Positions 38,901-46,672 of a stretch of 64,000 bases of DNA are shown here, one piece after another. Position 1 is the first letter of the stretch. The number at the start of each line of letters is the position of its first letter. Origin of the DNA: Candidatus Omnitrophota bacterium (GTDB taxonomy: Bacteria > Omnitrophota > Gorgyraeia > Gorgyraeales > Gorgyraeaceae); assembly GCA_043814965.1 (NCBI GenBank), contig JBDRJN010000017.1, positions 6,038 to 70,037 of the forward strand, given 5' to 3'. The notes under the pieces were generated by a model. It worked only from the letters and a program-made list of their open reading frames with translations, ran no database searches and was not told the DNA's origin. Both the position numbers and the translations under genes were made by a program.

Positions 38901-40355
38901 TACAGGCTCCTATTAGTAGTCCCAGAAGAACATTTTGATGAATTATTCGGTATTTTGGAAGAGAATTTTGATAGCCTTAAAAATCTGAAACAAACAAAGA
39001 AAGAAATAACTGCCAAATTTCAGGATATAGTTAAATTAAACCCTGAATTAAAGGATCTTTCGCAGAAAACCATTGTCCGATGGGCTAGTGAGCAAATGGG
39101 CATAACTTCGCGTAAAAGGCTTACAGAACCAGGCGCAAAAGACAATATTGCCAGCGCTTTTCGAGATAAGCTGAAAGCTGATGATCTAGGTAGAAAGGTA
39201 AATAGCGGGGAAGCGAGCGAGGAAGAAAATAAAAAATATATGAACCTGATAGCTGTAAATAAGTTATTATCAGCGATCGTTGATAATGTGAAACTATACA
39301 AATCCTGGCTTTCAGAGATACCAGATGCAGAGACTGACCCCAGCAAAATGTTGCCAGGCAAAGTCTTAATCGAACCCAATCAAACTACAGAAACCTCCCC
39401 TGGTCCGCGATCGGGATTGGTAGAAAACACCATAGAAAATTCTGAATCAGAAGAATCAAAGATCCAGACTCAGATTAGTGAATTTTTAAATATTACACGT
39501 GAAATCAATAGAAGCGATTCTAAACAAAAAGTTAATTATGTATTTGATAAGGTAGGCCCAAATATCGACACTATTTTAAGAGGCCATCTTTTAGATGAAG
39601 GTATTTCAGCTATTAGAAGAGAAATAACATATGACTCTAAAGATCTAGAACTCTTTGAAACATCAAAATATTTCTTAGAGCTTCTTATAGAAAATTCTAC
39701 AGTGTTTTCATCAGAAGATGCCTTAGCCGGCAGAATACAATTATTATCGAAGCAGTATAGTATGGTAGAAAGAGTTGTAAAAGAATGCGATGATCTTTTA
39801 AATAATCCTGCACTTATAAGTGAGTTTGCAGATGCAGTAAAAGGTTTTAAGTTGGATCTAGAGAAACAAAAAAATAAGATGACAAATATTATAGATTACT
39901 TAAAGGCTAAAGACTTTTTTGAAGAAGGAGAAAATCCATCCGAAGTCTTAGCTGATATTGAGATAGATCATGTAGTTTTAGATGTAATGGATGGCATAGG
40001 GCGTCCTAATAGTTTTGTAGGCATATTAGACGCTCTTTTGATAAAAGGAAACATTAAATCAATAACTGTATTTAGCCGTTCTCAAGATAGTTTAAATATT
40101 TTTATAGATAGAATAGGGCTTGAGAAATTTAATGAACTTAAAGAAAAAGGCATTAATTTTGTCGTAGAAAAAAAACTATGGGAAGAAGGCAATAATTCTG
40201 AAGCTAATCTTTGGGCGAAAGTAGGAAATGAATTGTTCAATATAGATAGGCATATGTTTGGCGATAAAATAGGAATAAATAGGGTAACGATATTAAATGT
40301 TAAAGATAAACTATCAGAAGGAAAAATGCTAATAGAACATCTAAATAATATGTAA
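29994..40355 (+). CDS. giant 3453-aa multidomain protein with two MutS-family (domain V) ABC-ATPase modules and an N-terminal signal/anchor segment
   Basis: Uninterrupted 10.4-kb ORF. The first module at aa ~485-655 has Walker A GSNMSGKS, Walker B LVFVDEGYSTTSP, and the MutS C-terminal motif GPGDSSALDVAKALGLPQSIL. The second at aa ~1320-1490 has GSNMSGKT, LVIIDEMGSTTSP and SNSIAVAKTMGF. MutS-core-like helices precede module 2. A possible Rossmann GxGxG (LYGGAGADVS) lies at aa ~1540, with ETSPG(R/P) linkers. An alternative start at the Met at 30063 (MSKFKKPLISLLISAIFII) would give a signal peptide. Confidence 0.8.
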   Translation: MNKKYFNADGVMGYPRRHFFVYIMSKFKKPLISLLISAIFIINNTAYAIDLPAKSCLRINHMTDKENKDEEIGRIKDVYKALENNTIESEKNIPRDNKGRFSEEEGKNAIDMAMLLSESKYVNIPFTVKEYHEIWKVKYPDKTISTSTIYNDLNKAIEKGLVVKSNKSSYYELTQRAKSLFSEGSDNKEERSQRNILYNVSEAKLYTKAEDGTLRKNKKFYLPGEDKIFLSLVNKPLNKKEDILDRQFAVTSLIDAGSEKIEELKDSSSSVYQWINTYKYLWEIDENERYGAFGSGKSAKRRIEQFIDEGIINKDTLSGDIKKAGKSAIKDEMSKKDEALLKIRTIDYYKEEAQELVDNIRKIAGQDGKVLNALADNLQRNIDKTNAPSLLGFIELVEKNKWDAISDLMHNLESLEYSVEEINAFLTFSALVINDEYAKVTYDDTKPASYKNGWLFIEKKKAEEHYWSDEEKEKDQVLNDSPEDIPVVVLTGSNMSGKSHYLKQNYFIQLLGQSFGYVPAKEANLRIYDHIAYLDRPSTDSYNDLSAFGKEIENWKPVIKDISSNSLVFVDEGYSTTSPEDQAKFSKATAEFIKDNNAHIMMASHNEEFINTLNGAEGTKFYHFEINVDGNTVDFTNRLRDGPGDSSALDVAKALGLPQSILDRSQNFLDGKIEPVEPNPNHLPKNITRYTEEEREGLKKETGNFLAFFPYENVLDIKPGYDGKNKLELKYKSPNKIDHYGYGFGSNDKLKEIYNFEPIFKLFSQDRDFSNFSPILSTDLGKIKNPNYITKIQSILKLGSSNDSKEILERQKMFSELISKPELRESMREDLLGIGNLMYSLVFARQYISFESFNLQFLESAIPDFRNRIVKDENKDVSMDLFLGILDMNLKLTGLAYEDIGVSEEIKKLQNLLSIESELAQLYEEDHRYWIENKDNMSSEGYKSQEKEFKNKVTALAKKFTEITGEKLVKEDKFYVTDIRESLKKICKDINEKAQEKIPPVSLFDENIWPILREETDRLYPFVDNELSRTVFSAPPHVIGFYYIKALLTDENLVEKLVGQLKSTDSVHLHQFANYFDKIFNVWFGEFKTGIDYLKHKNDLPGKIAEVEKNIKEEKAYQKSLIKGSEEITRILQDNPDFLQKRIDDCEAQIKNKEKDIVNYSEIVERNPGDGYWVNLLKESKDAKLNLEKELKDLPLVQKAVNGEISFGDNIDQDYLFKLVHDDFVGSKIRNLSSKLSMLKGELDSNPFERRSGFDEILNESFKMHVLLTMAYLMDYQGWKPVEFTNDLTIDMQDAWNLVKTKDEQVPLDFTMNDNEKVKIFSGSNMSGKTFAEKTLIWNALSGLTTGYAPNGGMKMPIFDHVVYIDRVTAQIDRKLSSFGHEIEYWKTFLNAIDDDDLALVIIDEMGSTTSPKYQSALSYAMSEEMLEKGHFLVVASHNHAYIDAFENTNDKYSNTYNLLTRIDEEGKAVFDYKLVPGHEPSNSIAVAKTMGFDKMVGYIEEDNKADELLIPILAEPYINHDKAVKDMVNPGNKDFVGLYGGAGADVSNVLYSTNATKVYFVDTRSVFLDKLKYYWQNTKLSQEEENLYKEYSKEKYFAGFGDVGKLIGDLELYLTGELKSIGVTSKDIIDINNDESGNLRIKFNWAYDKDSPKKEREIIFMQDDITKPSDKLIESINGKIDFYYQRAALDIPMKYNVFIKKIGDCMKPNGFMITDNNSPRGDFGFYYITPKLTDFKLLEDSKDMKTSAKEIENLRRGYMGPYGWAVSIMQKKAESLVSSEPTETSPGRGTGTNNPTQPTKNIPLDKKDIGAKLDGIKPKNISSINRDAKSAEVLKFLGDIDSAPSDKKAQLVVDYILNLSGMAFKTKSFPVSKERLDQIEDRQSKFLERYSKKHGLSPSLKKYINIQYRSLTKISEDKYATIASINRIDYFLVLSKDESGIEDFKLISMDSKDEIKKYQKIANNFVRKILPGDKNKKKREKVEDDISSFFNEIKRKANRDEEFDRFFKDTDHPDLPFSYALGSPALKVPELESAKEPIQLEAKTEERKYKTIAEITDEVLLKPIESLIKIDKDGNPRALTQDEILLEYKKGALEALRTKEGYEDESELKQWISLILKAIEYNDMEFNHIEKKEGWFLLDEISFPKLRESARKNILTAATIPRDGKTWVFIKENMNLYQAAYALTKLSGVEQKMTIVGLGEKCTETLRSSIRTVIQEAYKETKPIESSEIKDEEKNLDFHNRFLQKLHYSYKVDPEFRKAIDELREKVLSQIHPQESEAFRFITDNEITSFALEFAARIGETPLIADPYTSWGIIDNEKDEPHYFINYSELYAKHKKAIDKYTHYSHYEFIIDDGSWSGLKVKGGMNYLYNTLRNIFTYNEIVDFLKSETNKGLINPIVKPYETEQFFLPNIDFTRPSDEDAFDNMNIDQLFQAVENMPKEEWEKYKVNILNRYSYLARKGEIEPVFFMKHISALAKKDVDILRDKHASWASGHKYYFDRAEITRAIIETVLRSSKSSFLNDDFLLEYYSQADEVKDDGTFVYYETKDYKKTDEQISQVNAINRLANGYMGEGPISRYPLYALSMIMNISPERIGPKTMNLFVAMAEAGRDRYKLYIGDDRGWLEDSYGVTPVFDIPIRAFDYHPEYYSKLLVESKITPDILTFLIRPETAPGDNIGLFSSLREPGAEEREYKSFLSGEIIKGLVTGNSVEGNQLKLLKAIINDFSAVANNTILEHWRKFSKDDLNSLLGLKTKVDSSILEKMETIFSKEGLGNRVVALFLAMYPDFNIETAKDLDKLLKDDSVQTTFGILKAIKDKLWTIEEIRALYRANLWSFTSANVRHTNLKQVLNLSEEDKSKLFIVLSGKKLLPQNIFDIYPLNIPKDHALYDKYSHELKTYSMSYSSFTGAMEMVADSKELEESVKGRVTHRSRLLFNDLGAILKLPRKDLLRKVELLEKFETNKVELDNTAYRLLLVVPEEHFDELFGILEENFDSLKNLKQTKKEITAKFQDIVKLNPELKDLSQKTIVRWASEQMGITSRKRLTEPGAKDNIASAFRDKLKADDLGRKVNSGEASEEENKKYMNLIAVNKLLSAIVDNVKLYKSWLSEIPDAETDPSKMLPGKVLIEPNQTTETSPGPRSGLVENTIENSESEESKIQTQISEFLNITREINRSDSKQKVNYVFDKVGPNIDTILRGHLLDEGISAIRREITYDSKDLELFETSKYFLELLIENSTVFSSEDALAGRIQLLSKQYSMVERVVKECDDLLNNPALISEFADAVKGFKLDLEKQKNKMTNIIDYLKAKDFFEEGENPSEVLADIEIDHVVLDVMDGIGRPNSFVGILDALLIKGNIKSITVFSRSQDSLNIFIDRIGLEKFNELKEKGINFVVEKKLWEEGNNSEANLWAKVGNELFNIDRHMFGDKIGINRVTILNVKDKLSEGKMLIEHLNNM

Positions 40356-40388
40356 CTTTTCACTTTTTTATCTCTTTATTATAATCTC

Positions 40389-40546
40389 GTATCCCAAGCC
40401 AAATAAATCAATATATGTTCTTTTCATCACAAAAAGCAAATTTTGGGTGGGGGCAGCCGCCACAGATGTCTGCCGAGCCATTCGTTGAAAATTTCATGGC
40501 TTTATTTCAAGGGAACCCTTGAAATACTTTCGTATCTCGTCCGAAA
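40389..40546. repeat. right arm of the long inverted repeat, ending in the tRNA-3'-like ...GAAAGAGAGAGCCA
   Basis: Reverse complement of parts of 29249-29557. Confidence 0.75.
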
Positions 40547-40613
40547 GAGAGAGCCAGTCAACACAGGGGCTTATTTTTACGACGAGTTCGTAAGGGTAAG
40601 CCCTTTTTATTAT

Positions 40614-40850
40614 TAGGGTTCGGTCTTTTAAAATAAAGTTCGAGCCGAGAATTTTCAAAATTTCTCTTTTAAGAGAGAGGTTTCCTTGCCAAGCAATAGA
40701 ACCTGCTTCGTTACAAGTAGTTATGAAGTTTTTGGAGGGTTCGAGCCATCCGCCGCTTGATTTAGCGAGCTCGCCAAGTCGCTCCTGTAAGTCTTTCTTA
40801 TCATTGAGTAATTTAGCCTTCTTTTTCTGATATTCTTCCTGTGAAATCTC
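40614..40850. repeat. direct repeat copy B: X-element variant plus a truncated 3' fragment of a recombinase gene (pseudogene remnant, minus strand)
   Basis: About 90% identity to 27610-27848; no intact ORF. Confidence 0.75.
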
Positions 40851-41086
40851 CTATAGCCGTAGCTGCGGGATCCATATCAATTAATGCTGAACAACCAACT
40901 TCTTAGTGGTACAATAGATGGAGGGGGGGGGAAGGTCATTTACGGCAAGAGAGAAGAAGATCGAATCCCGTCCCATCCTAAAATTTCCCTGATAAATAGT
41001 ATTGCGTACACCAAAGCAGTTTGTTATAATATATAAACTTTGATATAAAATGTTTTTAAACTTTAATATCAAGAAAGAGGTCATTA

Positions 41087-42565
41087 ATGATACAAACTGA
41101 GAAGAAATCGACTCACCGTAATATAGCTCCAGAAGACCGTATTCCGTTTTTTCAAAAAGTTATATATGGCATGGGATCATTAGCCAATGACAGCCAAGCT
41201 GCTTTTATTGGACAGATGATTATTGTTTTAAATCTTGGATTAGGCGTGAGTCCATTTTTGGTCGGGATTATTGGGTGTATCCCGCGTATTTTTGATGCTG
41301 TCTTGGACCCTATCGTTGGATACAGCTCAGATAATACTCGTACTAAATACGGAAGGCGCAGGCCTTTTATATTTTTTGGAGCGATTACTGCGGGGATTTT
41401 TTATTTTTTTATGTTCCAAGTTTATCCTGGCCGTAGCGAAATGTATTATTTCTGGCATATTCTGATCTTTCAGGTCCTATTTTTCGCTGGATTTACCTGT
41501 TATTCTATTCCCTGGATCGCGCTTGGATATGAAATGACCCCGGATTATCATGAACGCACGACCCTCCAAAGTACAAGCAGGATATTCGCTCAGGTGCCGT
41601 GGTTGATCGCTCCATGGTGCTGGGCTATTATGCATAGTAAACGTTGGTTCTCTAATCCTGAGACAGGAGCCTCAGATGTTGTTCTTGGCGCGAGGACCCT
41701 AGCTATTATTATCGGAGCTGTAATTATTTTCTTTGGTATTTTGCCGGCGATCTTTAATAAGGAACATTTTGGTAATTTACCTAAACCTATAAAAGGGAAG
41801 ACCCCATTAGATGTTTTAAAAAATATGCTCAATGGCATTGCTATTACATTTAAGAACAAGTTATTTGCCAAGATCTGCGCTGTAACGTTCCTGATCTTTA
41901 ACGGATTTATGCTTAGTTCCACTTTTATTGCTTATGTGATATTCTTTTATGTTTTTCAACATGCTGATTCAATGGATGCCGCTTATGGGGCCGGAGGAAG
42001 ACTCTTGGGTTTTTATGGAACGTTTAGCGCTATTTGCACTGTAGGTGTAGTCTCTATAATCCCGTGGATGTCAAGGAAGCTAGGAAAACGAAATGCCTTC
42101 TTTATCACGATCCCTATTTCAATCATAGGTTATGCTATGAAATGGATAGGCTATAACCAAATACATCCTTACCTTCTTTTGGTCTGCGCGCCATTTATTG
42201 TATTCGGCTTAGGATCGCTTTTTACGCTGATCCTGTCCATGGTGGCTGACGTGTGTGATATTGATGAGCTCCAGACAGGTGAACGCCGCGAGGGTGTGTT
42301 CAGCGCAGTTTACTGGTGGATGGTCAAATTGGGGTTAGCCATTGCCTCACTTATAGGAGGAATTCTTCTGACTGGAACTGGTTTTAAGCAGGAATTAGGC
42401 CTTGGTCAAGCAAATGAGACATTGCTCTGGATGAGGATTTTTGATGTCTTTATCCCGATCGTGACATCTATTATTGCCCTTTTCGTTATCTCGAAAATTG
42501 ATATCTCTGAAGAAAAGGCATATAATATTCGTAAACAGCTAGAGGCAAGAAGAGGGAAGGCGTAA
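41087..42565 (+). CDS. MFS transporter, glycoside-pentoside-hexuronide (GPH):cation symporter-like
   Basis: 12 TM helices with GPH-like N-terminal motifs (DAVLDPIVGYSSDNTRTKYGRRRPF). Confidence 0.7.
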   Translation: MIQTEKKSTHRNIAPEDRIPFFQKVIYGMGSLANDSQAAFIGQMIIVLNLGLGVSPFLVGIIGCIPRIFDAVLDPIVGYSSDNTRTKYGRRRPFIFFGAITAGIFYFFMFQVYPGRSEMYYFWHILIFQVLFFAGFTCYSIPWIALGYEMTPDYHERTTLQSTSRIFAQVPWLIAPWCWAIMHSKRWFSNPETGASDVVLGARTLAIIIGAVIIFFGILPAIFNKEHFGNLPKPIKGKTPLDVLKNMLNGIAITFKNKLFAKICAVTFLIFNGFMLSSTFIAYVIFFYVFQHADSMDAAYGAGGRLLGFYGTFSAICTVGVVSIIPWMSRKLGKRNAFFITIPISIIGYAMKWIGYNQIHPYLLLVCAPFIVFGLGSLFTLILSMVADVCDIDELQTGERREGVFSAVYWWMVKLGLAIASLIGGILLTGTGFKQELGLGQANETLLWMRIFDVFIPIVTSIIALFVISKIDISEEKAYNIRKQLEARRGKA

Positions 42566-42598
42566 GTATAACCATAGGCCCTTTTTATAACTGAAGTT

Positions 42599-43549
42599 TT
42601 GAGAAAAGACGTGAAAAAACAACCTAATAAAAGCATAAATTCAAAACCAATTATTATTTTTCCATACCATGGGTATGAGAATAATAAAAAGTGTGAATGG
42701 TATTTTTGGTGGACGATCGATAGGTGCAAGGAGATCGATCCCAAGCCGATCGTTGTGTTACCCAGAGATACGGTCATAAGAGGAGATGCTGAAACTTTCA
42801 TAAAAGATAAAAGATATGAGACCCTGGAGGTTGTACAGACCTGGTCAGTTGATACATGCCAGACATGGCTTGCTGGCTGGGGGCATGTGCTTGATAATTA
42901 TCCTGAAGCAGAGCGGATCATACAAATACCAGGTGATATTGATTATGTTGATGAGGATGTCAAATTCTATGATAAACTCAGAAGTTTTATAGAAATAACA
43001 AGCTCAGATATTGCTATAGGAGATTTTGGAACAGGGGACAAGTACAGCGCAAAAAGCCTGGTAGATACTTATGGCACATATTCACTTCTGGCAAACTGGT
43101 TTCCTGAGGTCTCGCGAGCCATAAGGAGCTTGCCTCTTAATAGGCCGAGATCCGAGTTCCTTAATATCAAAACATCCGCTTTACGCGATCTTTTAATAAA
43201 TAATAGAAATTTTGCTTATGAACAGACTTTAAACTTTCTTATCAAATGCTGGAGTTACGAGGAAACAAAATGGAGATATAATATATCCGCGTTTCCTTTA
43301 GGGACCTTGTCCGATAGTAAGTCTTTCAGGGATTACAGGGGAGGTATTGACCAGATAGAGAGAATTGAAAGAATGCTTTCTTTATTATGGCGGGAGATCA
43401 AAGAGCCAAAAACTAAGAACAGCGTAAGCGATAAAGAGTTCGAAGGACAATATACCGCGTTCAGTAATGAATATGACAATCTCCGCTCTAAATCAAAGGG
43501 CATCATGGGAACTGCCAGAACTACTCTCCGAGCCCTCCTGGGCGTATAA
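42599..43549 (+). CDS. hypothetical protein
   Basis: No confident motif; possible nucleotide-sugar-enzyme neighbourhood. Confidence 0.3.
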   Translation: MRKDVKKQPNKSINSKPIIIFPYHGYENNKKCEWYFWWTIDRCKEIDPKPIVVLPRDTVIRGDAETFIKDKRYETLEVVQTWSVDTCQTWLAGWGHVLDNYPEAERIIQIPGDIDYVDEDVKFYDKLRSFIEITSSDIAIGDFGTGDKYSAKSLVDTYGTYSLLANWFPEVSRAIRSLPLNRPRSEFLNIKTSALRDLLINNRNFAYEQTLNFLIKCWSYEETKWRYNISAFPLGTLSDSKSFRDYRGGIDQIERIERMLSLLWREIKEPKTKNSVSDKEFEGQYTAFSNEYDNLRSKSKGIMGTARTTLRALLGV

Positions 43550-43621
43550 ATAAGAATTAGATCAAAATCACTTCTTTTATCCGAGCACACATTATTATAG
43601 CTGCTCAGAGATTTTTCCTAT

Positions 43622-44533
43622 TTAAAAATCATTATATTTTGAGTTTCGATCGGGTCTTAAGGCGTCAGAAGGCGTAAAGCCAGTAAAGTCATAGAACTTC
43701 TTGGAGTCTAATATTACCCTGCCTATACGCGGAGGGCCATTCACTTCGTCAAAACGTGAAGAACGTATAAGGTACTCTTTTTTATATCCGCGGGTCTTTA
43801 CAAGATGTGACCCTATATCGTACAGGCTGTATTCTTTTGGCCCGCCGTAATGGAATACGCCTTTTCCTTTTTTCTCAAAGAAATTTAGAACACCATGCGC
43901 AAGGTCCTCGGTCGTTATCAATGACCTTACCTCATCATGGAAGAGCGTCATCTTTCTTTTAGTGCTTAGTCTTTTTGCTATAAAATCTATAGGCCCTTTC
44001 GTCCCCGAGACAGAAGGTCCTATAGGCAGGCCTAGGCGTATTATTCCGCTTGTATCATGATCTAAGACAGCTTTTTCTGCTTTAACGAATGTCCTGCCTA
44101 TTACGCTAACAGGATCACATCGGGATGATTCAGAATACCTGTTATCTAAGGGGGTGTTTCCTGAAAAGACCAGATCAGTGCTGATGTATAATAGATATAT
44201 ATCCTTTGACAGGTTGACTATATTTTGTGCGCCAATGACATTCACTTCATGCGCGAAATCAGGTTCCCTCTCACACCTATCGAGGTCGCATACTCCCCCT
44301 GCATGCACGATAGCTTTAGGCTGGACTTTATTGAATATCTCTTCTACCGCTGAAAGTTTTTCCATGTTGTTGGAGAATACATTCTTGTCGCCTTTAAAAA
44401 AGCGTGACATAGATTCTGTAGATATCCCATATACGGCCTTGCCATATCTTTCTTTGAATTTCAAGTAGATCGGCCACCCATGTATGGATGTTATACCTGT
44501 TATGAGTATATTGTTTGTATTTTTTGTGATCAT
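43622..44533 (-). CDS. NAD(P)-dependent epimerase/reductase, RmlD substrate-binding-domain-like
   Basis: N-terminal Rossmann ILITGITSIHG and YxxxK-type SDR-extended pattern. Confidence 0.55.
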   Translation of the reverse strand: MITKNTNNILITGITSIHGWPIYLKFKERYGKAVYGISTESMSRFFKGDKNVFSNNMEKLSAVEEIFNKVQPKAIVHAGGVCDLDRCEREPDFAHEVNVIGAQNIVNLSKDIYLLYISTDLVFSGNTPLDNRYSESSRCDPVSVIGRTFVKAEKAVLDHDTSGIIRLGLPIGPSVSGTKGPIDFIAKRLSTKRKMTLFHDEVRSLITTEDLAHGVLNFFEKKGKGVFHYGGPKEYSLYDIGSHLVKTRGYKKEYLIRSSRFDEVNGPPRIGRVILDSKKFYDFTGFTPSDALRPDRNSKYNDF

Positions 44534-44759
44534 TTATTGTCCTTTTCCAGCTTCTTTTTTTGGTTAGTGGAGTATAGATTATACCGCTATAGACAAAAAA
44601 CCCCAAACGTAATTTGTATTTTATTTTTAGTTTAAATAGCAGTAAAATGATAAAATAGGCTTGCATTTTTTTGGTAAACATGTTAAATTGTATAACATTG
44701 TAAAGACGAGATCACTCCAAGATCAGTTGAATAACCTTAACATTGTAAAGGAAAAATAG

Positions 44760-46640
44760 ATGACAAAGGCCTATATTGAAATACTGCGGTCAAAGATGGA
44801 TAGACCTAATCATGATAAGCTATGCGCTATAGCTAATCCTAAAGTGCATGAATTTATAGCTAGATCCGCTGAACTCTGCGGCCCAAGAGATATATTTATA
44901 TGCAGTGATTCTTCGAAGGATATATCTTATGTGCGTAAGCAAGTGGTCTTAGCTGGAGAAGAAAAACCATTGAAGATCAAAGGCCATACGTATCATTTTG
45001 ACGGGATAGAAGACCAGGGAAGGGACCGTGAAGTCACAAAATATCTTGTCCCGCAAAAAGATACTTTTAATAAGGCCTTAAACCAGATAGAACGAGAAGA
45101 AGGACTGGGCGAGATAAGGGGATTACTCAAAGGCTCTATGAAGGGCCGTACTATGATAGTGAGATTTCTTTCGCTTGGGCCTACTGATTCTATATTCAGT
45201 GTTTTATGCGTGCAGTGTACTGATTCGTGGTATGTGGTTCACAGCGAAGACCTTCTCTATAGGCCAGCTTACAATACATTCACTAACAAAGACGATCAAG
45301 CAGAATTTTTCAGTATTTTGCATTCAGCAGGCAAGATGGATAAAGATATGATAAGCGTAGACACGGAAAATAAACGCATCTATATTGATCATACAAAAGA
45401 TACTATTTATAGCGTTAATACACAGTATGCGGGTAATACTGTGGGCTTAAAAAAACTGGCGCTTCGCCTTACTATCAGAAAAGCTGATAAGGAAGGATGG
45501 CTTGCTGAACATATGCTTCTTATGGGAATACAAGGCCCGAACTATCGAAAGACTTATTTGGCAGGAGCTTTTCCTAGCGCATGCGGCAAGACCTCTACAG
45601 CCATGCTTTCCGGAGAGACAATACTAGGCGATGATATTGCGTATTTCCGTAATGTCGATGGCAAGGCTATGGCAGTAAATGCTGAAGCAGGCATATTCGG
45701 CATCATACAGAATATCAATTCAAGTGATGATCCGGTCATACATAAGGTGCTTAATAATCCCGGGGAAGTCATATTCTCTAATATCCTTGTCAAGGATGGC
45801 AAGCCTTACTGGCTGGGCATGGAAGGGGAAGTTCCTAAAGATGGTGTTAACTTTTCAGGAGATTGGTATGAAGGAAAAGTAGATACAAAAGGCAATAAGA
45901 TCCCGTGCGCTCATAAAAATGCAAGATATGCTGTCAGCTTAAAGGCATTGGAGAACGTAGATCTTGAGCTGGATAATCCTAAAGGTGTAGAATTGTCTGG
46001 TGTAATGTATGGCGGGAGAGACGCTAAAAGCTATGTACCAGTACAGCAAAGTTTTGACTGGGAGCACGGTATTATAGCATATGGCGCGTCACTTGAGACA
46101 GAGACTACTTTTGCTACAGTAGGAAAAGAGGGTGTCCCTGAGATAAACTTGATGAGCATACAGGATTTTATATCCATACCTCTCGGTAAATATATAGAGA
46201 ATAATCTTGAGTTTGGGAAGAAGCTTAAAAATCCCCCACTTGTATTTGGAGTGAATTATTTCTTGAGGGATAAAGACGGAAAATTCTTGAATGGGGTAAG
46301 AGACAAACATGTATGGGTAAAATGGATAGAACTACGCATACATAATGATGTCAAGGCAATAGAAAGCCCTACAGGCCTTATCCCGGAGTACAATGACCTA
46401 AAAGCTCTTTTTAGCCAGGTGTTGAATAAAGGCTATTCAAAAGAAGATTATATAAAGCAGTTCACTATAAGGGTCCCTGAAAATTTAGCAAAACTTGATA
46501 GGATAGAAAAGTTCCATAAAGAAAATGTTGAAAAAGCTCCAGGCGTGCTTTTTAGTGTATTAAGCAAGCAAAGAGAACGCCTTCTTAAAGCGCAGAAACA
46601 ATTTGGAGATTATATATTACCAGAGGACTTAGGAAAATAG
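44760..46640 (+). CDS. pckG: phosphoenolpyruvate carboxykinase (GTP)
   Basis: GTP-PEPCK kinase-1a motif AFPSACGKTS plus conserved PEPCK blocks. Confidence 0.9.
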   Translation: MTKAYIEILRSKMDRPNHDKLCAIANPKVHEFIARSAELCGPRDIFICSDSSKDISYVRKQVVLAGEEKPLKIKGHTYHFDGIEDQGRDREVTKYLVPQKDTFNKALNQIEREEGLGEIRGLLKGSMKGRTMIVRFLSLGPTDSIFSVLCVQCTDSWYVVHSEDLLYRPAYNTFTNKDDQAEFFSILHSAGKMDKDMISVDTENKRIYIDHTKDTIYSVNTQYAGNTVGLKKLALRLTIRKADKEGWLAEHMLLMGIQGPNYRKTYLAGAFPSACGKTSTAMLSGETILGDDIAYFRNVDGKAMAVNAEAGIFGIIQNINSSDDPVIHKVLNNPGEVIFSNILVKDGKPYWLGMEGEVPKDGVNFSGDWYEGKVDTKGNKIPCAHKNARYAVSLKALENVDLELDNPKGVELSGVMYGGRDAKSYVPVQQSFDWEHGIIAYGASLETETTFATVGKEGVPEINLMSIQDFISIPLGKYIENNLEFGKKLKNPPLVFGVNYFLRDKDGKFLNGVRDKHVWVKWIELRIHNDVKAIESPTGLIPEYNDLKALFSQVLNKGYSKEDYIKQFTIRVPENLAKLDRIEKFHKENVEKAPGVLFSVLSKQRERLLKAQKQFGDYILPEDLGK

Positions 46641-46672
46641 CTATCAGGAATGCCTGTATTCATAAATTGTCT

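Noticed and set aside
40850-40990. Sequence ...GAAGATCGAATCCCGTCCCATCC..., a possible tRNA fragment or att site at the island's right edge, and a G9 homopolymer (GGAGGGGGGGGGAAGG)
   Set aside because: No acceptor or T-stem pairing could be folded. The homopolymer might be a phase-variable or sequencing-error-prone tract but has no gene context.
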